This document shows, piece after piece, positions 9,223 through 18,165 of a stretch of 64,000 nt of DNA. Under the pieces are notes generated by a model. The model was given only the letters and a program-made list of their open reading frames with translations. It did not search any database and had not been told where the DNA came from. The stretch is taken from NCBI GenBank assembly GCA_963678065.2, contig CAXXVZ010000003.1, positions 1,120,001 through 1,184,000 on the forward strand. The letters run 5' to 3'. The stretch is from Treponemataceae bacterium. Its GTDB lineage: Bacteria > Spirochaetota > Spirochaetia > Treponematales > Rectinemataceae. Position numbers and translations under genes: made by a program. How positions within the stretch are numbered: the stretch's first letter is position 1; every line of letters begins with the position of its first letter.

Positions 9223-10302
9223 ATGAGTCAGACCGAACGCATCTTCCACATCGACCGATCGATCAGGGAAGCCGGCGGCACCAGCATCCGCGATATCGCG
9301 AAACACTTCGAGATCTGTCCCCGGCAGGCGAAGCGCGACATCGAGTACATGCGCGACAGGCTGCGCGCTCCCATCGTCTGGTCTGTCGACCACCGACGAT
9401 ACGAGTACTCTTCCGACTGGGACTGCCTGCGCTCGGCCGACGAAAAATCCCTCTTCGCCCTCGCCTTTCTCTCGTCCATCCTCACCGAATACAGCTACGT
9501 TCCCGTCGTCTCAGACGATCTTCTCGCCCTTCTCAAGGAGAGGATAGCCGGTCGTTACTCCCGCATCGTGGACAAGGTCCGCTACGAATTGCCCGACATG
9601 GAATCGATCGACGGTGAAATCGCATACGCTCTGTGCGAGGCGCTCGCCGGCCCCTCGTGGCTCGACATCGACTACACCGACGCGAAAGGAGACTCGAGCG
9701 CGCGTTCTATCGTCCCTGTGCGGCTCGTCAACTACGCGGGAAAGTGGTACTGCGTCGCCCTCGACTCGAAGTCGGGCAAACTCAGGACCTTCTCCGTGGC
9801 GCGGATCGACGCGGCGGCAGCCAGGAATCCATCTCCGACTGCGAGTCCGCACGCCGGGAGCTCAGAAGGCGCGGCCGCCGGAACCCCAGCCGACCTCCCC
9901 TCCGACGAAGAGATAGACCGATTTCTCTCGTCCTCTTACGGAATCTTCAAGGGCGAGCCCATCGGGCGCGCAACCCTGCGCTTCTACAGAGGGGCCGCCC
10001 GCGCCGTGCGCGAGCAGGTCTGGCACCGCGACCAGATCATCACCCCAGTCTCCCCGGACCCATCCGCGCCCGCGGCGGGCGGACAGGAATCCTCCGACAC
10101 CCAAGATAACCGCGCCAGCGCACAGACGCTCGACTTGAGCCTCCCCGTCCACGACTGGACCGAGCTCTTAGGCCGCGCCCTCCGCTGCGGCGCCAACTGC
10201 GAAGTGATGGCCCCCGCGGAGTTCCGCACGCGCTGGGTCGAGGAGATCCGGCGCATGGCCTCTCTGGCGCGCGCCGACGTCGACGCCCCCGTGGCCGGAT
10301 GA
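9223..10302 (+). CDS. WYL-domain transcriptional regulator (HTH-WYL-WCX, PafBC/DriD-like)
   Basis: N-terminal wHTH (IAKHFEICPRQAKRDIEYMRDRL), WYL core (RSIVPVRLVNYAGKWYCVA...LRTFSVARI) and WCX-like C-terminus (WHRDQ...ELLGRALRCGANCEVMAPAEFR). Confidence 0.9.
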   Translation: MSQTERIFHIDRSIREAGGTSIRDIAKHFEICPRQAKRDIEYMRDRLRAPIVWSVDHRRYEYSSDWDCLRSADEKSLFALAFLSSILTEYSYVPVVSDDLLALLKERIAGRYSRIVDKVRYELPDMESIDGEIAYALCEALAGPSWLDIDYTDAKGDSSARSIVPVRLVNYAGKWYCVALDSKSGKLRTFSVARIDAAAARNPSPTASPHAGSSEGAAAGTPADLPSDEEIDRFLSSSYGIFKGEPIGRATLRFYRGAARAVREQVWHRDQIITPVSPDPSAPAAGGQESSDTQDNRASAQTLDLSLPVHDWTELLGRALRCGANCEVMAPAEFRTRWVEEIRRMASLARADVDAPVAG

Positions 10303-10359
10303 ATGAGTCGCAGGAAAACACAAGCTTCCGTACTTCAAAAACCTGTTTTTCTCTACATG

Positions 10360-10394
10360 AGGGACAACCTGTGTCCCTTTACGCGTCGTATGAT
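10360..10394 (+). promoter_or_regulatory. palindromic operator plus -10 box upstream of the HIRAN gene (candidate WYL-regulator site)
   Basis: AGGGACA-N5-TGTCCCT (10360-10378) followed by TATGAT (10389-10394); no canonical -35. Confidence 0.6.
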
Positions 10395-10420
10395 GGAGGC
10401 GAGAAGAGGAGGATAGGATC

Positions 10421-11590
10421 GTGCAGTCAAAAGCCGTCTATCTGGTCATGCTGTCCGAGGCGAATGTCGAAGTATTCACGGAGAGTCCCACGGGCTCTTT
10501 CGATCTGGCAGGCCTGTATTCCGGCCAGGGATCGATGAAGAAAGCCCGCGAGGCCGTTTCCAGTCTCACGGAGGCCAGTATCGAATCGGAGCTGCGCTAC
10601 CAGGACAGCTACGGGTCCCCGGTCATCCACGAGGCCGACACGTTCCGGCCCCGTGTTTACCGAACAGCCAGGGGCGACTCGGGCCCTCCGACCAGGGAGA
10701 TTGCGGCTTTCCTGTTCCGTTACCCGACCTGGCGGCTCGCCCAGCAGCGGGGCGACTTCGTCGATGCCGGAGCCGCAATCCAGCGGTCGGGGAAACTCAA
10801 GCCACTCAGACATCTCTTGCGCTATCTCGCCGGAGACGATCTCTTTCTCATCTTCGCCCTGTACTGGCTCTCGGAATTCGACAGGGACAAGATACCGTGG
10901 CTCGCGGAGCTTCTATCCGCAGGGGCCGTGACGCTCGGGGACGAGGTCGCTCCCGGCAACCCCATGGCAACCGGACTCACGGGACGGCAGGCCGGCACCC
11001 GCGCGACGAAGCCCGGTGCACTGAACCCCTACGCCGAACTCTTCGATTTCGCCCGATCCGGGATCCACTCAGGAGACGCGCAGGATTTCAGGAAGGAACT
11101 CGACCTCGCGCTCCGAGAGCACCTCATCGCGCGCCGCCGGGAACTCATCCTGCCAGTCGTCGGCGAAGGCCTGGGCCGCGCAACAGCAGAAATCCGCATC
11201 CGAGCCTCGGAGGCCCTCGCCGAAGGCAGGAACCGGGCCCTGACCGAAGGGCTCACCGGGGTCGATTCCCGCGTGCGCACCTGGCTCGAGAGCATCGAGT
11301 TCTCAGTCCAGCGAGAACCCTGGAACCGCGTCGACCCGAACGCCCTCTGTGTCCTCGCACGCTTTCCCGAAGACGGCCGCACCGCCCTCGCGGGCTACAT
11401 CCGCGCCGATGTTGCCGCCTGCCTCTCTCCCCTCGCCGACGAGGGAATCAGCTTCCGCGCAAGGCTCTTCCGCCTCGACGAGAAAGAGCTGTCCCTGGCC
11501 GTCGGGATTGTCGAGGACGGCGAAACGTGGGGTGGAACATCCGAACCCGGGAAAGGGACTAAGCCTGTGGCAATGCAAAAGAAAGACTGA
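10421..11590 (+). CDS. hypothetical protein with C-terminal HIRAN domain
   Basis: PVVGEG...VQREPWNRVDPNALCV...AGYIRADVAACLSPLADEG fits the HIRAN consensus (REPxNxxDxNA...GYI). The N-terminal ~240 aa are unrecognised. GTG start with AGGAGG RBS. Confidence 0.7.
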   Translation: MQSKAVYLVMLSEANVEVFTESPTGSFDLAGLYSGQGSMKKAREAVSSLTEASIESELRYQDSYGSPVIHEADTFRPRVYRTARGDSGPPTREIAAFLFRYPTWRLAQQRGDFVDAGAAIQRSGKLKPLRHLLRYLAGDDLFLIFALYWLSEFDRDKIPWLAELLSAGAVTLGDEVAPGNPMATGLTGRQAGTRATKPGALNPYAELFDFARSGIHSGDAQDFRKELDLALREHLIARRRELILPVVGEGLGRATAEIRIRASEALAEGRNRALTEGLTGVDSRVRTWLESIEFSVQREPWNRVDPNALCVLARFPEDGRTALAGYIRADVAACLSPLADEGISFRARLFRLDEKELSLAVGIVEDGETWGGTSEPGKGTKPVAMQKKD

Positions 11591-11623
11591 GGGCCCTGGG
11601 AATGGGATCTGGATTATGGCAAC

Positions 11624-11745
11624 AGCCGATGGCGCCGATGCCTCCACGGGAGGAGGCCAAGCGTGGTCTCACCCTTTTGCGCGAAGGGAATGCAGAGATC
11701 ACGTCTGGATATCGCGGGTTCGAATCCCTGCCGGCGCCGTCGGTT
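11624..11745 (+). ncRNA. tRNA-like structured RNA (non-canonical)
   Basis: 14-bp closing stem AGCCGATGGCGCCG/CGGCGCCGTCGGTT, hairpin GCCTCC/GGAGGC, long arm CGTGGTCTC/GAGATCACG with inner CCCTTT/GAAGGG, T-arm GGGTTCGAATCCC, then a T-rich tract. Confidence 0.6.
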
Positions 11746-11835
11746 TTTCTTCTTTGAGGGAAATATATGGGGATGAGATATGAACAAACCGATGTTTTCT
11801 CACTGATGGAAATACTCAATGTCCACGCATCGTGT

Positions 11836-11875
11836 ACATAATTTATGTTGCATTCTCGTTCAATGCTCGTATAAT
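11836..11875 (+). promoter_or_regulatory. putative cas operon promoter with adjacent palindrome
   Basis: ACATAA-T-TTATGT palindrome abutting TTGCAT-N16-TATAAT in an AT-rich region. Confidence 0.5.
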
Positions 11876-12048
11876 AATATACAAAAGGGGGTTGATAAGT
11901 GAAAAGAGGAGCATGGTGACGCCTCCTGCACACAAGTGCAAAGATATCGGATGGAAGGAACCTCACTTGTTCAATAACTTTCTTTCCGGCACAACAAAGA
12001 TCAAACCGGCCATCTGGAAACAAGCTGTAACATCAAGCGAGGAACGAA

Positions 12049-12248
12049 ATGGCCTATGAAAACAAGACACTAAGGGATTACTTCGAAGGGGTAGCAGAAC
12101 GTTGCGAGAGAACGTAGGCAAAATCGGCTGCACTGACTACGGCGAAATCCTTTGCCTCCTTCTCGATTTAGGGAAGCATAGCCTAAAATTTCAGAATTAT
12201 GTCCGCTCGATGATCGGACTTTCATATAAAAATATTCAAATCCTCTAG
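12049..12248 (+). pseudogene. cas3: decayed cas3 HD-domain N-terminal remnant
   Basis: MAYENKTLRDYFEGVAERCE / frameshift / NVGKIGCTDYGEILCLLLDLGKHSLKFQNYVRSMIGL resembles the Cas3 HD start (LxxHLxxVA...GLLHDLGK...FQxY) with both His residues lost. Confidence 0.65.
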
Positions 12249-12272
12249 CTTTGTTTCATATCGGAGGTTGAT

Positions 12273-12944
12273 GTGTATTCATATCAGGTGCAAATGGAGA
12301 TTTCCGGAAATACAGCTATGTGGACGCGGCCGGATACAGGCGATTGTCCTGTTACCTATCCGGTTCCGACTTACTCGGCAGTAAAGGGGATATTCGAATC
12401 AATTTTATGGGGGCCGGCAGTAAAAATTGTCCCGGAAATAGTCGAAATATGTGCTCCACTGCAATATCACACGTATCACACAAATTATGGCGGACCTTTA
12501 CGAGAGGTTGGTGTGATTTCAAGCGGTGGAAGCTACCAATTATTGGCGACGGTCTTGGTTGATGTCTGTTACCGCCTGTATGCAAAAATAGTTCCCATCG
12601 GTGGGAATAAAAAAGAACTTATAACTCAAAAATCTCTATCTTGGGACAAGAAGACAACATCACCTGGGCATGCTTATCAGGATATTTTCAACCGACGATT
12701 GTCAAAAGGTCAATGCTTTTCGATTCCTTTTTTGGGATGGAAGGAATTTGGGCCGAATTACTTTGGCCCTTTCAGGGCTAATACAAAAGTACAGACTGAT
12801 TTTGAAGTTGTGATCCCTTCAATGTTGAGGGAAGTGTTTTCCGATGGATACAATTCCAAGGTTGCATACTCATTCGATCAAAATATTTCTATTTCAAATG
12901 GTACGTTACTGTTCACTGCCAAGGAGACAAATCATGCTGAATGA
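12273..12944 (+). CDS. cas5: CRISPR-associated Cas5 (type I-C-like, divergent)
   Basis: EISGNTAMWTRP...TYPVPTYSAVKGIFESILW...LVDVCY...GQCFSIPFLGWKEF; GTG start after GGAGG. Confidence 0.88.
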   Translation: MYSYQVQMEISGNTAMWTRPDTGDCPVTYPVPTYSAVKGIFESILWGPAVKIVPEIVEICAPLQYHTYHTNYGGPLREVGVISSGGSYQLLATVLVDVCYRLYAKIVPIGGNKKELITQKSLSWDKKTTSPGHAYQDIFNRRLSKGQCFSIPFLGWKEFGPNYFGPFRANTKVQTDFEVVIPSMLREVFSDGYNSKVAYSFDQNISISNGTLLFTAKETNHAE

Positions 12945-15039
12945 ATTGTGCCAATTGGCGGATGCCTTGGAGAATGCCGGGATAACGCCCAAGGAATGGT
13001 GTTCGCAATTAAAACAACTTCCAAAAATCACCTTCAAGGAACCTTGTTATCGGATATGGATCTCGGCTGACAACACAATATCGTCAATTGACGAAATGCC
13101 TAATAATCTGGCTGCGGTTTTGCGTAAATGGGAACCAAGCAACGGCAATTCCTTTCCGGCATTCAATATCCAACCATTATATCGCATCACAAGTAAGGAA
13201 CAGAAAGTCAAGTTGAAAGAGTGGAGAGGCGGCAAGACCTCTATTGCATATCAAGAACTTCGATCGTGGTGCACAAATGCGACAGACAATTGGGATCGGA
13301 AAATCCAAAAAAAACTAAAAATCTGCTTGAATGAAATTCCACTAAAGCTAAATCAGAAAATGAATAGTGTTGAAAATCATGAACAAGATTCAATTCAAGA
13401 ACTCATTCGTCGGGCAAGTCGGTATACCGGATTCGATATGGATTTCCCGATAGTTGTTGATGCGAAAAATTTCCGGCAATCAATGGAGAGTTTCATTTGG
13501 AAGTCTCTTTCTCAAGGAGAGAGAGTTAATACTCTTCTATCCATTCTTTTTTGCGAGGGTGATTCAACAAAAAGGCCAGAAGAGGACCAGGGTAGAATAT
13601 CTGTTTTTCTAGATATAGATGACTGGCAATGCTTTGGGTACCCGGTTGCTCATGAGAAAAGCCTCGACTCGATAAATGATAGACTAAGAAAAAATGATCG
13701 AAAAATACCAAATTCTACCTTGAAAGACGCTTTTGGGCTTCCATTCTTCAATGTGGATGACAAATTGCCAAGCGTAAAACTGCCGATTATCGCCGATGTC
13801 AAACTACGCTCTATGTTCAGTGCACACCACTGTCAGTACCGCTATGGAAAGATTGAAGCGGATTCTTTTCCGATTAGCATGGAAAACCGCACCAAGGCCA
13901 AAGGAGCTCTTGAATGGCTGTGTGATCCAAGTCGTGAGGGTCAGACCTGGGGGCGAGCCGATAACAAAGAACTTATCTTCGCCTATCCCTCGGCCTTGCA
14001 GGAAATCATTCCAATGGCGTCTATTTTCATTGCTCGCAATATTGATGGCACGGCTGAGGCTCGCTTTTCAGATGCGGCTAAAGATGTCATAGCTGCTTTG
14101 ACAAAATTAACTACCAATCTTCGTTCATTGGAGTTAAGAGTTTTTGCTCTAAAAAAAATGGATAAAGCTCGAACGAAAGTGGCTTTCTATCGCAACTACT
14201 CTGCTCAACGTTTGGTGGATGCTGCTAATGATTGGCAAGTCGGCTGTACAAATCTGCCAGAGCTGCGTTTGAAGGTATGGACAGATCAGAAAGGTGAATG
14301 GAAAACAACAGAGCCAACAATGCCCTATCCACTGCAACTTGGCTCTTGCCTGAACCGTATCTGGAAGCTTGATGGCAGTTCCGAGTGTGAAACAAAATCC
14401 GTTCCCTCTAGTCAAGGCATTGAATTGCTTCTAGATGAACAGGCCTATCGATTTATTCCGCATCTACTTGCTGTCCTATTGCAAAACAGCAAGGGATTGC
14501 TTCTATCGCTTGGCAATGAGCAATCCAAGGGAACACCGGCATCGATAAAGGGCAAAGATTCTCAGAAGTTGTTGATCCCATCCTTACTGGGATTATTGCT
14601 CCATAAACTCGGTATCCATAAGGAGGCCTATATGACCAACACTCCGTTCCTGGTTGGCCGGATTCTGAAACTATCCGATGAACTACATGCATTCTATTGC
14701 CAGGAAGTACGCAACAACAATCTACCGCCTCAACTTGTCGGTAATTCCCTGATGGTTGCGGCACTTGAAAGCCCAACCCAAGCTTTGGCTCAACTCAGTA
14801 TGCGACTGAATCCATATCTTGCCTGGGCGAAGCAATTCCGTACCAAAAACGAGACAACCAGTTGGAAGGCCGACTGGCTGTTGAAGTTATTTGAGGAAAC
14901 CACCAGCTCACTTACTGATGCCGCACTACCCTACAGGTGCACCGATACCGAAAAAGCCCAAATGTTTATCGGTTACCTGTCATCACTGACAAGGGAACAA
15001 GACGTGAGTACACAAGTCATTGCTTCCAAAAGCAATTAG
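12934..15039 (+). CDS. cas8c: Cascade large subunit (Cas8c-like, divergent)
   Basis: About 700 aa between cas5 and cas7. Starts MLNELCQLA; C-terminal helical region (FLVGRIL...LNPYLAWA...FIGYL). Confidence 0.7.
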   Translation: MLNELCQLADALENAGITPKEWCSQLKQLPKITFKEPCYRIWISADNTISSIDEMPNNLAAVLRKWEPSNGNSFPAFNIQPLYRITSKEQKVKLKEWRGGKTSIAYQELRSWCTNATDNWDRKIQKKLKICLNEIPLKLNQKMNSVENHEQDSIQELIRRASRYTGFDMDFPIVVDAKNFRQSMESFIWKSLSQGERVNTLLSILFCEGDSTKRPEEDQGRISVFLDIDDWQCFGYPVAHEKSLDSINDRLRKNDRKIPNSTLKDAFGLPFFNVDDKLPSVKLPIIADVKLRSMFSAHHCQYRYGKIEADSFPISMENRTKAKGALEWLCDPSREGQTWGRADNKELIFAYPSALQEIIPMASIFIARNIDGTAEARFSDAAKDVIAALTKLTTNLRSLELRVFALKKMDKARTKVAFYRNYSAQRLVDAANDWQVGCTNLPELRLKVWTDQKGEWKTTEPTMPYPLQLGSCLNRIWKLDGSSECETKSVPSSQGIELLLDEQAYRFIPHLLAVLLQNSKGLLLSLGNEQSKGTPASIKGKDSQKLLIPSLLGLLLHKLGIHKEAYMTNTPFLVGRILKLSDELHAFYCQEVRNNNLPPQLVGNSLMVAALESPTQALAQLSMRLNPYLAWAKQFRTKNETTSWKADWLLKLFEETTSSLTDAALPYRCTDTEKAQMFIGYLSSLTREQDVSTQVIASKSN
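14632..15039 (+). CDS. cas11: putative Cas11 small subunit, internally translated from cas8
   Basis: In-frame ATG at 14632 with AGGAGG (14621-14626) 5 nt upstream, giving 135 aa (MTNTPFLVGRIL...). Confidence 0.7.
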   Translation: MTNTPFLVGRILKLSDELHAFYCQEVRNNNLPPQLVGNSLMVAALESPTQALAQLSMRLNPYLAWAKQFRTKNETTSWKADWLLKLFEETTSSLTDAALPYRCTDTEKAQMFIGYLSSLTREQDVSTQVIASKSN

Positions 15040-15061
15040 CACTTTTATCAAGGAGCTTAAA

Positions 15062-15955
15062 ATGAGTACGGAAATCAAACGCGCTACCGGTCTCTTGATC
15101 ATCGAAGTTGTAAATTCCAACCCAAACGGGGATCCCGATCGCGAAAGCGATCCACGCCAGCGCCCGAATGGTTTGGGAGAAATTTCTCCAGTCTCGTTCA
15201 AGCGGAAGCTGCGGGATTTGGTTGAAGATATATCGGGAACTGTTTTTCCAGAGGTATCCAGAAAACTTTCACTGGAAGCAACCCGCTGTAAAATACTGGA
15301 ATCACGGGGACGCGATAGGGTGACAATTAGCAAAGAGATGGGAAAAGATATCACAAAATTCGATCAGTCCGAATTCCTCAATAGTGAGTTTGTTCGGAAG
15401 TATTGGGACGCACGTTTATTTGGTAACACTTTTCTTGAAGAGGGAGGAAATAAGGGATATATAAAAACTGGCGTCGCTCAATTTGAGATAGGGCTCTCAA
15501 TTGCACCAATCCAGGTAATCAGACATACCAATACCAACAAAGCCGGAGTAGAAAAGGGGAAAGATCAAGGAATGGCACCATTGGCATACCGTATAGTGGA
15601 ACATGGTGTATATTTCATGCCGTTTTTTATTAATCCCAACTTCGCTCACAAATCCGGTTGTACTGCTGAAGATGTTGAACTACTAAAAACACTTATCCCT
15701 TATGCCTACGATCAAACTCGCTCGGCGATTCGTCCTGATGTCCGGATTCGACATGCATGGTACATGGAACATAAAAATGCATTGGGTAGTTGTCCAGATT
15801 ATCTTCTGCTGGAAGCGCTAATACCAAAACGCCGTGGATCAGACCCCATGGCTTCATCAACCTCTTGGAATGATTATGATGACGAGTCGGCTCGATTACC
15901 TGCAGATTTGTTGGGAAGAATCGAAAACTGTGTTGATTTGATGGAGAACGTGTAA
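15062..15955 (+). CDS. cas7: Cas7 (Csd2/Cas7c-like backbone subunit)
   Basis: NSNPNGDPD...PR, SFKRKLRD, YWDARLFG, TGVAQF, AYRIVEHGVY. Confidence 0.9.
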   Translation: MSTEIKRATGLLIIEVVNSNPNGDPDRESDPRQRPNGLGEISPVSFKRKLRDLVEDISGTVFPEVSRKLSLEATRCKILESRGRDRVTISKEMGKDITKFDQSEFLNSEFVRKYWDARLFGNTFLEEGGNKGYIKTGVAQFEIGLSIAPIQVIRHTNTNKAGVEKGKDQGMAPLAYRIVEHGVYFMPFFINPNFAHKSGCTAEDVELLKTLIPYAYDQTRSAIRPDVRIRHAWYMEHKNALGSCPDYLLLEALIPKRRGSDPMASSTSWNDYDDESARLPADLLGRIENCVDLMENV

Positions 15956-18165
15956 TGTTCTACGCCCACAGCCCGGATGCAAAAAGAGGAATAATAGGTC
16001 AAAGCTATATCAAGCATATCCGTGGGGTTGTGGCAAACGCAAACTCATCCGCTTGCGCTGTCGCCAAGTATGCAGCAAAAGATGGTTCTTTGCTTCAAAC
16101 CGTAGTAGCGCAGGCGGCTGAGTTTCACGATTTAGGAAAACTTGACGACGCGAATCAAGAGGTGTTATCTGGCGCAAAGAAAGCACAGAGTCTACCAGTC
16201 CAACATACCGATGCCGGAACCGCGGCATTATTGAGCACGTGCAATCCTTCCCCGATATCAGCGGCATTGATCCGATCACACCATATAGGTTTTCCTGATT
16301 TTATTGCGGAGTCAAATCGGGGAGAAAGATTCTTACGAGACGACGCTGTATCTGAACACGTGAATCAGACCTTGGAATCGCTTCGTCAACGACATAGTTC
16401 GCTTCGTAATGATTTTGTACAAAATGGAATACCGGAAAATCCTTTGCTCAATCTCGCACTGTTCTTGCGGCTGTCACTATCATGCCTGGTAGATGCAGAC
16501 CACGCTGATACATGCATCCATTACGGTGATTATCCATCAATAGAGAACATCGTCGAGCTGAAACCGACAGAAAGACTTCAGATGCTTGATCGCTATGTTG
16601 CAGGGCTCGTCAATACAGTAGATGAACGCTCACGGCTTAGGGCGGAAATGTATCAAACTTGCCGGAATGCAAATACCGACCGGAGAATCGCTTCATGTGA
16701 CAGTCCGGTTGGATCAGGAAAAACAACCGCCATTATGGCTCATCTGCTTGCACAAGCACAGCAAAGGGGATTGCGCAAAATCTTTGTTGTTTTACCGTTT
16801 ACAAATATCATAACACAATCCGTTGAAGTTTATAGAAAGGCATTGCTTTTACCTGGCGAAAATCCCGAAGATGTTGTGGGAGAATTGCATCACCAAGCTG
16901 ATTTTCAAAGCATAGAAAGCCGACATCTTTCAGCTCTATGGAAGGCACCCATTATCGTTACAACAGCAGTGACATTCTTCGAGACTCTGGCGTCAAATAC
17001 CCCAAGCGCTCTTCGCAGGCTCCACAATCTTCCAGGTAGTGCAATTTTTGTAGACGAGTCACATGCAGCTTTGCCGGCAAAACTGCTTCCAGTTGCCTGG
17101 GACTGGATAAAAGCGTATAGCGAAGAATGGGGATGCTACTGGGTCCTGGCATCAGGGTCACTCAACCGATTTTGGCAAATCCCAGAGTTTGATAAGCATC
17201 CTCCAATAGTTCCGGAAATTGTCGATTCTCAACTTCGATCTCGACTTGCGTCATATGAAAAAGGCAGGGTGATTTATCGCTACAATGAAAAACGTCAGAC
17301 CGCGGAAGAACTGGTAAGTTGGATAGCTGGCATGCCAGGACCACGTATAGTGGTTTTTAATACTGTCCAAAGCGCTGCAGTTGTCGCATCTCTGTATGCA
17401 AAAAAGTATGGCAGAGATCGTGTAGAACATTTGTCGACAGCCTTGTCGCCTTCAGATCGAGCGATTACGTTAAATCGAATAAAAATACGCTTGGACAATC
17501 CTCAGAATGAAGTGGAAGGAAACTGGACCCTCATCGCGACTTCATGCGTTGAAGCGGGGGTAGATATATCCTTCAGGACTGGACTCCGGGAACTGGGAGC
17601 GCTGGTTTCGCTGTTGCAAATCTCTGGCAGAGTCAATCGACATGGGCAGGAGACCTGCGCAGAAGTATGGACGTTCCGACTCGCAGAAATCGATCCATTG
17701 AAGATCCATCCGGGAATAAAGGAAGCTGTCACAGTATTACAAGGTTTTTTCGAGTCAAGTCAAACGATTGCCCCCGAACTTTGCACAAAAGCTTTGGAAC
17801 AGGAAATCAGGATGAGTGGCGTTTCTTCGGTTTTTGAAAAGTTGCGAATCGCAGAAAAACAGAATCGCTTCCCTTTGGTTGAAGAAAAATTCAAAGTCAT
17901 TGATACCGATACTCGAACTGTTGTTGTTGACTCTGGATTGATTGGACGAATCTCAGGACACAAATCAGTTGATTGGAAAGAAATTCAAACAAAGTCAGTT
18001 CAAATATGGAAATATCAAATTGACGCGTTGCGTGTACCTGAACTCATAGGAAAATCAGGGCTATATGGGTGGAATCTGGCCTATGATAATTTTATCGGCT
18101 ATATGGCCGGTGTTTTAGCTGTGAAAAATTTTTCAGCAGGAACAGGTGAAGGCACAATAATATGA
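15955..18165 (+). CDS. cas3: Cas3 HD nuclease-helicase
   Basis: FYAHS, HIRGV, FHDLGK, SHH, LVDADH, SPVGSGKT, DESH, EAGVDI, SGRVNRHG. Confidence 0.95.
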   Translation: MFYAHSPDAKRGIIGQSYIKHIRGVVANANSSACAVAKYAAKDGSLLQTVVAQAAEFHDLGKLDDANQEVLSGAKKAQSLPVQHTDAGTAALLSTCNPSPISAALIRSHHIGFPDFIAESNRGERFLRDDAVSEHVNQTLESLRQRHSSLRNDFVQNGIPENPLLNLALFLRLSLSCLVDADHADTCIHYGDYPSIENIVELKPTERLQMLDRYVAGLVNTVDERSRLRAEMYQTCRNANTDRRIASCDSPVGSGKTTAIMAHLLAQAQQRGLRKIFVVLPFTNIITQSVEVYRKALLLPGENPEDVVGELHHQADFQSIESRHLSALWKAPIIVTTAVTFFETLASNTPSALRRLHNLPGSAIFVDESHAALPAKLLPVAWDWIKAYSEEWGCYWVLASGSLNRFWQIPEFDKHPPIVPEIVDSQLRSRLASYEKGRVIYRYNEKRQTAEELVSWIAGMPGPRIVVFNTVQSAAVVASLYAKKYGRDRVEHLSTALSPSDRAITLNRIKIRLDNPQNEVEGNWTLIATSCVEAGVDISFRTGLRELGALVSLLQISGRVNRHGQETCAEVWTFRLAEIDPLKIHPGIKEAVTVLQGFFESSQTIAPELCTKALEQEIRMSGVSSVFEKLRIAEKQNRFPLVEEKFKVIDTDTRTVVVDSGLIGRISGHKSVDWKEIQTKSVQIWKYQIDALRVPELIGKSGLYGWNLAYDNFIGYMAGVLAVKNFSAGTGEGTII

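Noticed and set aside
11624..11745. Canonical tRNA, tmRNA or YrlA-type Y RNA
   Set aside because: There is no 7-nt anticodon loop, D-loop consensus or CCA, and it is too short for tmRNA. The T-arm is at the 3' end rather than permuted as in YrlA, and no Ro60/rsr gene is nearby.
11832..12059. Small ORF upstream of the cas3 stub as a possible anti-CRISPR, toxin or regulator
   Set aside because: It has no recognisable motif and overlaps the predicted promoter; it cannot be supported without homology data
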